Assembly: GCF_011386835.1 (NCBI RefSeq)
Contig: NC_088815.1
Span: forward strand, 9,052,001-9,116,000
Source: Chrysemys picta bellii
Lineage: Eukaryota
DNA length: 64,000 nucleotides
Direction: 5' to 3'
The position numbers and the translations under genes are program-made. The first letter of the stretch is position 1, and every line of letters starts with the position of its first letter. Below are positions 52,165 through 64,000 of this stretch, piece after piece. The notes under the pieces are model-generated. The model saw only the letters and a program-made list of their open reading frames with translations, did not search any database and was not told where the DNA came from.

Positions 52165-53439
52165 TAGGGTTACCATTCGTCCGGATTTACCCGGACATGT
52201 CCTCCTTTTGTGTGCTAAAAATAGCGTCCGGGGGGAATTTGTAAAGCACTCACAATGTCCGGGATTTCCCCCCAGGCAGAGCGAGCGGCTGGGAGGGCTG
52301 CAGGAAAGTCCCGGGCTGGACTCCGGAGCAGCTTCCTCCTCCCACCCCCCCTTCCCTGCATTCTGAGCCGGCCGGCAGCTCCTCCTCCTGCAGCCCGCTC
52401 CGGCAACCCTGTGCAGGGCCAGGGACCGGGTTTTGTGTTGTGCAGGGGAGCTCAGCCATGTGTCCGGCTGGCACAGAGCCCAACACCCTGTTCTGAGCAG
52501 CAGGGTAAGGGGGGGCAGGGGGCAGGAGTGGGGAGAGGGATCGGAGCAGTCAGGGGACAGGGAGCAGAGGGGTTTAGATGGGCTGGGAGTTCTGGGGGGG
52601 AGCTGTCAGGGGGCAGGAGTGGGGAGAGGGATCGGAGCAGTCAGGGGACAGGGAGCAGAGGGGTTTAGATGGGCTGGGAGTTCTGGGGGGGAGCTGTCAG
52701 GGGGCAGGAGTGGGGAGAGGGATCGGAGCAGTCAGGGGACAGGGAGCAGAGGGGTTTAGATGGATCGGGAGTTCTGGGGGGGGCTGTCAGGGGGCAGGAG
52801 TGGGGAGAGGGATCGGAGCAGTCAGGGGACAGGGAGCAGAGGGGTTTAGATGGGTTGGGAGTTCTGGGGGGGGCTGTCAGGGGGCAGGAGTGCGGAGAGG
52901 GATCGGAGCAGTCAGGGGACAGGGAGCAGAGAGGATTAGATGGATCGGGAGTTCTGGGGGGGGCTGTCAGGGGGCAGGAGTGTGGAGAGGGATCGGAGCA
53001 GTCAGGGGACAGGGAGCAGAGAGGTTTAGATGGATCGGGAGTTCTGGGGGGGGCTGTCAGGGGGCAGGAGTGCGGAGAGGGATCGGAGCAGTCAGGGGAC
53101 AGGGAGCAGAGGGGTTTAGATGGGTTGGGAGTTCTGGGGGGGGGCTGTCAGGGGGTGGGGAGTGGTTGGATGGGGCGTGGGAGTCCCAGGGGTCTGTCTG
53201 GGGGTGGGGGTGTGGATAAGGGTTGGGGCAGTCAGGGGACAAGAGGCAAGGAGGCTTAGATACGGAGTGGAGTCCCGGGGGGCAGTTAGGGGCAGGGGTC
53301 CCAGGAGGGGGCAGTCAGGGGACAAGGAACGGGGGGAGGGTTGGGGGTTCTGGGGGGGCGGGAAGTGGGAGGGGCAGGGGCGGGGCTAGGGCGGGGCTCC
53401 TCCCGTCCTCTTTTTTGCTTGTTGAAATATGGTAACCCT
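52165..53439. mobile_element. Non-autonomous hAT element carrying an expanded minisatellite (DPP9 intron)
   Basis: TIRs TAGGGTTACCAT / ATGGTAACCCT; 8-bp TSD ACATCACT. Confidence 0.85.
52516..53148. repeat. G-rich minisatellite, 7 copies of a 90-91 bp unit
   Basis: Unit starts at 52516, 52607, 52698, 52788, 52878, 52968 and 53058 (CAGGGGGCAGGAGTGGGGAGAGGGATCGGAGCAGTCAGGGGACAGGGAGCAGAGGGGTTTAGATGG...). Confidence 0.95.
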
Positions 53440-53733
53440 ACATCACTGTCATTTACACTTGTGGCAGTGTTACGGTTCTGGCTTAAAACCCACAAAAGCT
53501 AGAAAACGTGAAGCCCTTCACTCTGTCCTCCACTTGGTCAGTTACTACATGTGCTGTGTAAGGCCATATTATTGCAGGGGCTGAGTCAAGGCAGCCAAGA
53601 CTGGCTTTTGTGGGTTTAAAACCAGGCCTTTATGGTGGAAGGTGACAGGCAAATTTCTTCAGTGAGTGGCTGTAATAGCTCAGTAAACTGGTGGGGCGGG
53701 TGGGGGGTAGTGTGTGGTAGAAAAACTATGTAC

Positions 53734-53858
<125 letters not shown>

Positions 53859-54099
53859 TTAAAAAACTAGGATGTTTCAACATTGTGGGCTGGTCTACAA
53901 TGAAAACTTACAGCAGCCTAGCTATGTCTCTGAGGGGTGTGAAAAACTCACATCCCTGAGAAACGTAGCTAAGCCGAACGAACACTGGGTTTAGACAGTG
54001 CTAGGTCAACGGAAAAAGTTTGGTCGACCTCGCTACCGCCCCTCAAGGAGATGGATTACCTATGCTGACGGGAGAACCCTCCTGTTGCAAATATCAGTG

Positions 54100-54175
54100 G
54101 GTATTCTCCCACAAAAGCTTATGCTCCAATACGTCTGCTAGTCTATACGGTGCCACAGTGTCTCTGTCGCTCCTG
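54100..54175 (+). mobile_element. Degenerate Penelope-like pLTR fragment
   Basis: CTCCCACAAAAGCTTATGCTCC...GTCTATACGGTGCCACAG; the hammerhead GAAA is mutated and the 5' half is missing. Confidence 0.6.
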
Positions 54176-54195
54176 TTGCAGTAGTCACGGCTTAC

Positions 54196-54257
54196 CTTTC
54201 CCTGGCTGTCCATTTTAAATTCTGCCAGTTTTAATGAGATCTTGGGATTTTTGCTAC
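54196..54257 (-). CDS. DPP9: DPP9 coding exon
   Basis: (G)SKNPKISLKLAEFKMDSQGK; 62 nt. Confidence 0.93.
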
Positions 54258-54737
54258 CTGCAGAGGAAGAAGCAATGAGAGAGAACACCATTATCAGATG
54301 GCAAGCGGTCGGAGCATCCCAGGAGAACAAAAATCTAAACCTGATGCTATCTGGCTCTGTGTGGATATACACCTGGGGAATGGCATTGCTGGTGTGGAGA
54401 TAAGAGATTCCATGTGTGGAGAAGTATGCCTGCCCATGTGAATGAATGCAGGGACAAGCATTCCCAGCATGGAGAAGGTGGGATTCCAAGTGCACTCAGC
54501 AATATGGCAAAGGGATACCCTCCATCTCGTAACAGCAATCCCTTTACTTAAGTTGGACTTTAGCTGTCCTTCCTGCAATGAACTTTGTGCTGACAGATTC
54601 AGAGACTGTCCTGAATATTTACGGACCTTCTCCTAAATCCTGGTAAGTATCTAGATTAATAATGCAAAGTCGATAGCACAGATGATGCTTCAGCCTGCAT
54701 GAGGCAGCAGCTGCATTAGTCGCTCCCCTGCGCCTCA

Positions 54738-54902
<165 letters not shown>

Positions 54903-55126
54903 TCATGCAGTTTCCCAATTGTATCGACTTGCAAGGACCACCACAGCAGCACATACTGGGCCTACTGGTTTTCCACATCTCCCTTAGGGTCATGCCGCAC
55001 CTACTAACTATTCACACAAATATTTACCAGCACACAGTGCACATCCCATAATGAATGACTTGGAACTCAGCACCTTAAAGGGGCCATTAATTATGTTACC
55101 AATGCAGCCTGGCCTCTCCAGGGCTA

Positions 55127-55285
<159 letters not shown>

Positions 55286-55354
55286 TTAATAGAAAGACTG
55301 ATCCAGAAAGGGAATGAGACTCAGATGAAAAACAGGAGTAAATCATTCTGGTCA

Positions 55355-55618
<264 letters not shown>

Positions 55619-55774
55619 TCAGCTTCAAACAAAGGCACAAACTTCTCGATAGCTCCAGCCCACCCACAAAGGAACCAAGACCAAGAAAACAAGACTTGAT
55701 GGTAGACCAGAGCCAAGGTCTGACTCAAGAGGTGTCCACTATGGGAACACCACTCTGAACTGCGGAATCCCTCA

Positions 55775-56125
<351 letters not shown>

Positions 56126-56852
56126 TTAGTGTGAAAGCGTGGCCCACAAAGGCTACACCCCCATGACCTTCCAATTGCAATGTCCCCAACCAAATCTGAG
56201 CCAAAGGCTTGGACCTGTAGTCTATGAATGGCACCTCCACCTTAAAACGGAGGAAGAGCTGCCGCTTGTTTATGCAAATTAGGAGCAGCCAATTCACCTA
56301 ATGACATTATCCATGTCCTCTCATATACAGCTTCCAAGTCAGACACTGCAAACAACTGCTATTCCAGGACTCTTGAGTTAGTTTCAAGGGGACTGAGAAG
56401 AGCCAAGTGTAGTTCCAGGCACTTGAAATCTCTGCTTAGCAGAAGACCTGAGAAGTCAAAAGCCAGTCCCACACCTTCCACCCTCTTGTTGCTGAGGCTG
56501 GCAAATTATTAATGGTACCAGAACACCAGGCCCCTGTGAAGATAGGGAGGGGGAATCCATTTCCCTTCCTAATTCAATCTGGTTTATGTGAGTCTAGCTG
56601 GCAATGTATGTGTAGAATGCAGACGGCAGATTGATCCTTATTCTACACATTTGATAAAAGTACAAAGTTACCAAAAATAAACATGGTAATCAATGTGCAA
56701 ATGGAGGGAGGGCAGGTGGGGGAGTCTGGCCAAGACAGCCAGAGCTCTGGTCTATTCTCCCAACAGTTTATGTTACTGGTTTATAACTGGAGGTAGGCTG
56801 CAGGCAACAGGAGACTTAGGTACGTTAAACCAGTCCTTGCCCTGCCAGCTGT

Positions 56853-56904
56853 TGTTCCATGCTCTCACTGCCAGCCCCTGTTCCATGCTCTCACTGCCAG
56901 CCCC
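56853..56904. repeat. Perfect 26-bp tandem duplication
   Basis: TGTTCCATGCTCTCACTGCCAGCCCC twice. Confidence 0.9.
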
Positions 56905-57073
56905 ATGCCTGGCACACCAGCCACTCTCCTGTATTACTGGGGAAGGCATCTTCCCACACAGCACTCTACCAATGCCATGCCCACAGCACCAAGCCCTGCT
57001 CCTGGTTCCTGGCCTTACATGCCACTTCACCGAACTCCAACATACCAGCTACCACTCCAACATCCTACTGTCA

Positions 57074-57274
<201 letters not shown>

Positions 57275-58800
57275 TCAGAGAAGTCGGCCAGGACTAACCC
57301 AGGAAAGGCAGATACACAAGGCCATTTTCTTAAATATTCAGGAAGACTAGATGGCTCAGGAACTTTTTAAGAGGTGTTTTTCTCAACCTGCTCTTACACA
57401 GTCCACTTACTGCATAGGGTCCAAATGCTTTAATTTTATTAACATGCAATTTTTTCAACAGGACTAAGTCCTACTCGAACCCTCTCCCAGCTTTGGCGGC
57501 TCCTAGGGTTCCTCTCTACAGTCTGCTCAGCCGCCACCCTAGATCCTCACTCTAGCGAGCTGACCCCTGTAGCTGGTGTGTCCGAGTCAGCAGAACCCTC
57601 TTAACATTCCTCAGCACAACGAAGATCTGCTACCCGGAAAGAGCGTTCCAACAAACACAACCAGCCTGTTACAGCGTTAGGTCCTAGAGACCAGGTTCAA
57701 ATGGGGCTTTGTTGAATACTGGCCAAAAGGCATTGCTATCTGCTGGCTGTTCAGTGGCCATGGTAAAATGAAGTTATTTGTGCCGGTCCAATTTCCAACC
57801 TCAAAAACCTAACACAGCTGGCAACTATGTTGGCAGTTTCAGCAGAGGCACCAGAGACAATGAATGTTTCCTTTCACCTTTACTGGTGGGGATGCTCTAG
57901 ATCAAGGCTGTAGTACACTGACAGGATGCCATGTGGGGGAAGGTTCCCATGCTACTGTCCCTGTGGCATCTATTCTGTGCAGAAGAGGAAGCCTTCAGTC
58001 TCCAAGCCTGTTATTCTGTCACTAAATTCACTTTACAACAATTAACATTTAAATATAGTTATAAGAACTCAGGAAGCAAAGCAACTTATAAGCATAGAAT
58101 CTTCAGAGATGCAGAAACACTGAAATGCTGAGCATGTGGTGTTTAATATAAGCAGCATCTGCCATGATACAACACGAGAATCTATGGGAACAGCCCAGGA
58201 AAGATCTAACATGTTCAAACAGAACAGGCTGCAGTCAGGGACACAGACAATACTACAGATGCATTCTCTAGGCCGTGACTACAACCACCTGTGAACCTCC
58301 AGATCGATCTATGGATATTCTCGTACTGTACTAATATTATCTAGGACGACTCTACTGTCAGTATCTGCAAAAGAATTGTCCCCCAGTTTTCCATACTTTG
58401 TATTTTGGTCCTTAAATGAAGTCGAAAAGATGCTCAGTTCTGATATCAAAGTTTTCCAAAGGTCAAATAGAAAATATTTGCTCGCTCCTCCCCACTCCTC
58501 AATGGGCATACGCCAATAAGATCCACACGGATGCTTGGAAAGCAATACTTATGCTAACCGTGGGAAAATACTGGTATGCTGCTTTTAAGCATATTGGTGA
58601 AACGTCAACAGGCACAGCTCTTAAACCAGAATCAGATTCTTCACAATAACTACCTACTGCAGTACGGATCAAACAGAACAGGCAACTCAACCCCAGCTTA
58701 ATGAGGCTGTAAAAGAGTAGGAAGGTTTTACCCTATATTGTGGGAATGCCTTGAAGTTAAGATATTTTGAAATTGAATTACTAGACACTGCTTTGAAATA

Positions 58801-58989
58801 CACCTCTCCCCCCATATAACGAGACCTGCTATAACACGAATTTGGATACAACACAGTAAAGCAGTGCTCCGGGGGGGTGGGGCTGCGCACTCCAGTGGGT
58901 CAAAGCAAGTTCAATATAACGCGGTTTCACCTATAACGTGGTAAGATTTTTTTGGCTCCCGAGGACAGCGTTATATCGAGGTAGAGATG
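58801..58989. mobile_element. Tc1/mariner (Tigger-like) MITE
   Basis: TIRs CACCTCTCCCCCCATATAAC / GTTATATCGAGGTAGAGATG, flanked by TA on both sides. Confidence 0.75.
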
Positions 58990-59204
58990 TAGTCGGCCAA
59001 CATCTAATCTGCTCCTGTGTTCCATATATCTTCTTGGGGAGCAATGAAAATTAAACATCAAACATATGGATATATCATCTAACACTGGGTACTAGAATCA
59101 TCATCGTCATTCCACTGTGCGACTTCAGCTAGGACGATGAATTAGAAACTCCTGACACGATGGAGAAAAATTACTAACATTAAATGAGACTCAGAAGCCA
59201 ACTA

Positions 59205-59588
59205 CAGCAGAATCTCCGTTACAAACACCTTGGGAACGGAGGTTGTTCATAACTCTGAACAAAACGCTGTGGTCGTTCTTTCAAAAGTTTACAACTGAAC
59301 ATTGACTTAATACAACTTTGGAACTTTACTATGCAGAAGAAAAACACTGCTTTTAACCATCTTAATTTAAATGAAACAAGCACAGAAACAGTTTCCTTAA
59401 CTTGTCCACAAAAATTAAACTTTCCCTTTATTTATTTTTAATAGTTAACGTTTAACACAGTACTGTGCTGTATTTGCTCTTTTTTTGGTCTTTGCTGCTG
59501 CCAGATTGCGTACTTCTGGTTCCAAATGAGGTGTGTAGTTGACCGGTCAGTTCATAACTCTTGTGTTCATAACTCTGAGGTCCTACTG
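59205..59588. mobile_element. Tc1/mariner (Tigger-like) MITE
   Basis: Termini CAGCAGAATCTC / GAGGTCCTACTG, flanked by TA on both sides. Confidence 0.7.
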
Positions 59589-60952
59589 TACTTAAACATC
59601 TGGCTACCTTTTGTCACTTACACCAAAGAACCAGCACCAAGGGGATCTAACGTGTGTATTCTGGTCTGACACATGGACAAACTTCATTAATGAAGAGCCA
59701 TTATTGTCCATACTCTCTCACTAAGGAACCCACATGCTTTTCCCTCCCTCTTAACACATCTGTTTAACTTGTTTGCAGGGTGCCTGTTCCACTAATTTCT
59801 CTATGAAAATGTACGGAGGACTACAATAAGTAACAGTCACAGGCACGCTAGAGTTACCAGAATGGGTCATACCATTGGTCCATCAAATCCAGTATCCAAG
59901 GCTTCAAAGGAAAATGGGGCCACTGCAGGGAAACATGGTCAGTTGTGTGGAGTGTCGCACGTGGGGGAAGTTCTTTACTGAGCCCTGTAATGATCAGCTT
60001 TTGCCCTGGAGCATGAAATATTTCCCTTTCACAGCCTGTAAAACTAATTATTACGGACCATAAAATTATCCAGCCCTTATAAAATCCAGCCACTGTATTT
60101 AACTGTTGCTTATTAGTTTCATCATGGTTCTGCCTATAACGATAAACTGGTACAGCACAAAGATCTGTCTTCTCTCAAGTCTCTGGTAAGGAACAGAATA
60201 TTTCTCTAGGAAACATCATTAATACCCAACCCGTATCTAGTTATTTTTCCTCTTGTCAAAGTATTTACAAGCACCGATTTATCCTCAACACCCACAGGGA
60301 GGTCAGGCTCTTCCAGTTTATTGGGCAAAATAGCAACAAGACTGCCTGATGGGCTGCCTCTATGAAAAAAACTGATATCACCTGGCCAATCAATGAAATG
60401 CACTGGGCTTGCAAGGATACAATAACCATAGGGCGAGTTATCAGGTCCCTGGATAGCCAACCTGCTTAAAGAACCAAATTATCCCCATTTTTTTGAGGTA
60501 ATACTCCATAGTTCGGAGAACTGACAAACCAAGTCCACCTGAGAAAGGAAAAGAGGCAGTGGCCCACAGAGGTTCCAAGCTGGGGCCCTATTTGGGTCAG
60601 CCACTATACGTAAGCGGTCAGCTAGTCCTTGCCCTGAAGAGTGTTCAGTCTAAACAAAGGGTAGGAGAGAGGCAGGCTAATCTCCATTTAACACATGGGG
60701 AACTGAGGCATGGAGAGATTAAGAGACTAGCCCAAGATCATACAAGAAGCCTACACCAGAGCCAGGAACTGAACCCAAATCTTCTGAGTCCCAATCCAGT
60801 GCTTTAACCACAAGACCATCCTCTCTTTTCCCCCTTCCTCTCTGGCATCGGGCTGCCTAGCGATGAATGGAGACATCAGCCAACAAAGCTTACCCTCCTG
60901 ACAGAGACAGGTTTGGCTCTGCCAAGGGACTATCGAGGTGACCTACTAATTA

Positions 60953-61258
<306 letters not shown>

Positions 61259-64000
61259 TTAATGTGGGGAATCGGATTAGGCACATTCCATTCACTCACA
61301 GGGAGCTCTGAGCATTCAGGTAACGTCTAAGGACACATCCTAAAGTTACCTACACATTCATAAAGGTTACCAGTTAAACAAACAGTACCAGATGGAAAGG
61401 AATACTCCATCTCCCACGCCCAACTTGGTAAAGGATGCTAACTGAGCCCAAGACTCATTTGCAGGACTTCTTCCAGGAAAAAAGTCAACTGTTAAATCAG
61501 TCAGGGCAGGAAAGCACCTGGTGTAGCAAGTGCTTAATCATTTGACCTAAGCGAAACATACTCCAGGCATTTAGATGGGATAGGTCCTGATTGGAAGATA
61601 CCATCAATGTATGGGTGAGCACAGAGAAACTTCTGACCTGTGGGAATACAGAAGTAAAGTCCCCTTCCAGTCCTGCAGAGATCAGATAAGCATCTCAAAT
61701 AGGTTTAGCGAAGGCATGACACCTGCCTTACTTGAAGTGCTGCTGCAACCGGGAGTGAAGTGGCACAAATGACAAAATAAGATACCAGTGCAATTGAGTT
61801 GGCTAATGGAAAGTGGCACAGGAATAATGCAGATCCTGGACTCCTACTGCATAATCAGCAGGAATCCCTCATTGATTTCCCAAGTATCACATTATATAAA
61901 ACCCACAACCCATCTCCCATAGTCATAAAACCTTCCAGTTCAGCCCCTCCAGCCATTAGGCACTTCTGGGATCTGCACAGTCCAGAAGCAGGATACACTG
62001 CCCTTGATCAACCTTATTCCAGATGAGGCAAGGGCCCACAAGTCAGAGCGGGGACCTTATTTTCAGTGGAACCAGGGCCCAGGGAGCATAGATCCAGGTA
62101 ACCCAAGAGCAAGCTAATCTGCAAGGCTCATTTTCTTCTTAAAAAAGTGACATTTCTGCAATGGCACCCTCAAATCACCACAGCACTAGTCCCTTTATTA
62201 TTTCCTAGTCCTACCTATTAACATGGTATCTGAGCACCTCAATACGTATTTATCCTCACACCACCACAGGAGGTAGGCCAATGCTTTTATCAAGTGCTAC
62301 TTTACAAATAGGAATTGACACACTGAGGGAACCTGTGCTGGAGCAGGGAAGGAACCCATGTCCCAGGCTAACACCCTAACCGCTGGACCATCTTTCTTCA
62401 TGGTCATCTTATGGGGTCAAAGCTCTGTTACTCTGGGACAAAGATTTCAGTTTGCTGGAAAATAAATGAAACCAGAGGGGTCTCATCACCTTGACAGAAT
62501 CACCATCCTGGATGCTGCATCAATATAACAATGTAGTAAATAAGGTCTATAGGAGTTTAAAAAAGCCCCCTGTTCTAAACAGCCCAGCGTTAACCAAGAC
62601 TTCCTTTTTAAAGTCACATTTCTTAAATGAGGGAGTGCAGCTTGCCCCTTAAGAGATTTGTCTGCATTCCAACAGGAGACCATCCTACCATGTGCCTGTC
62701 AGACTTGAGTATTTAATTTGCATGAAATATACACCAACTCTCTGAAAGTGCAGCCTCAGCACCTTGTAGGACCTGAACAAGCCCTCTCCCAATTTGATTC
62801 TGGCGGGAGTCGAGGGTGGGTGGTTAATTCATAAACCAGTGTTAGATCGTTTCATCTCAATCCACTTTATCTCACAAATGATTCTGCCAGGAAATCTTTC
62901 TGCATTCCTGGAGGACTCCCCACTACCTTCCACTAGCCTTTTCAGAATAAAGTTTTCTTCCCTACATCTTGATCTCATTTGACTATCAATTAGACATTCT
63001 GTCCTATAGAATTATGCCTTTCAACGGTCAAGCACAATGACAACTCGATTTCCCTCTTAATGAATAAATACCTCTTGTGATGTCAAACACACAAACCTCT
63101 TTTCCTTTAACCAAGAGGGAAAAGGAAAGTCTACAGTTCCTCCTCCAATCTGTTACTCTCCGGACTTCATTCTGAGAGACTAACCTGAGATTAGGCAAGT
63201 AGCAATCCAAACCACACACAGAATCTGCTGCCTGAGACCCAGAAAGCGGAGTGGGCTCTGCATAACCAGCAGACCAGACCACAGTACACGAGGCCAGAAA
63301 AACTGAACTAAAATACAGCTTGGCTCCGTTAAGTTACAGCGACTGAGTAAAATGGCAGCTTCCAATTCCTGAGTCTCTCAGTGGTGCAGAGAGCAAAATA
63401 CAATGTGGACGCTACAGAAAGGAGACCTCAAAATAAACGTCTCCCCACGACTCCTAATATCTATGACCCTGAAGCCAACCAACAAAACAAATCACAGCTT
63501 GAAAATTAAACAAAGAAAAGTACTTTCCAATCAGGCCACGGCAGGCAGCAGAAGTAAAGCCAAAGTGGCAGAGACAGCGGACAACGGGATGAAACATTGG
63601 ACCAAGCTTTGAGGAACTTTCTCCCAAGACTTTGCAGAGTGTCAACACTCTTGAGTCTGTCCGGTGTGAATGCAGAACCATGCAGGGGGAATTAAATTCA
63701 GTCTAATGTCCTTCCCCTTCAAAGTAACTAATACTGTGTTTCAAGGCAAACGGCTGCCTATCAAAAATACATCACAGAGAACATAAGGATATAAAGAGGG
63801 ATAGAGCAGTGATTTGGGTACACGCCTCTCTTCCCAAATCCCACGGCAGCTTGGATCTTAAAAGTCTGCTCAGCTGGTAAAACAAAATAGCTTTCATGCA
63901 AGTGAAGACGTTCCACCCTACAGCTAATTCCCACCCAATTGGTGAAGCCTCTTCAAGGTTAGTGACGTGATCATTCAAACAACACTGCTCCTCGCAAGAA

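Noticed and set aside
52578-53259. About 200-aa ORFs with 30-residue repeats
   Set aside because: Translation of the 90-bp minisatellite; no splice or start context.
62490-63190. Candidate upstream DPP9-long coding exons (donors near 62490, 62926 and 63097)
   Set aside because: Wrong phase, in-frame stops, or no similarity to the basic MRKVKK-type N-terminus.

Overview
Vertebrate genomic DNA, most likely a turtle (tortoise-type tRNA-derived Pol III/SINE, several CR1 subfamilies, Penelope-like pLTRs, GC-rich hAT MITEs). I reconstructed four protein-coding genes by hand with GT-AG junctions and continuous reading frames. TNFAIP8L1 (+, single coding exon 8477-9037, 186 aa). MYDGF (-, 6 exons 20784-13973, 165 aa, ends HDEL). 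An intact 7-exon papain-family cathepsin L/K/S-like gene (-, 31476-24285, 334 aa, catalytic Gln/Cys/His/Asn present). DPP9 (-, 19 coding exons 61201-41599, 863 aa; further 5' exons probably beyond the window). The TNFAIP8L1-MYDGF-DPP9 order matches human chr19p13.3, where I know of no cathepsin between MYDGF and DPP9. That extra protease, with an unusual S2 pocket (Gln at papain position 205), is the main highlight. The second highlight is a set of minimal hammerhead-ribozyme motifs in Penelope-like repeats; one has an intact core on the sense strand between the cathepsin and MYDGF. Most other ORFs in the six-frame track are spurious. No database searches were run; family assignments rest on recalled motifs.
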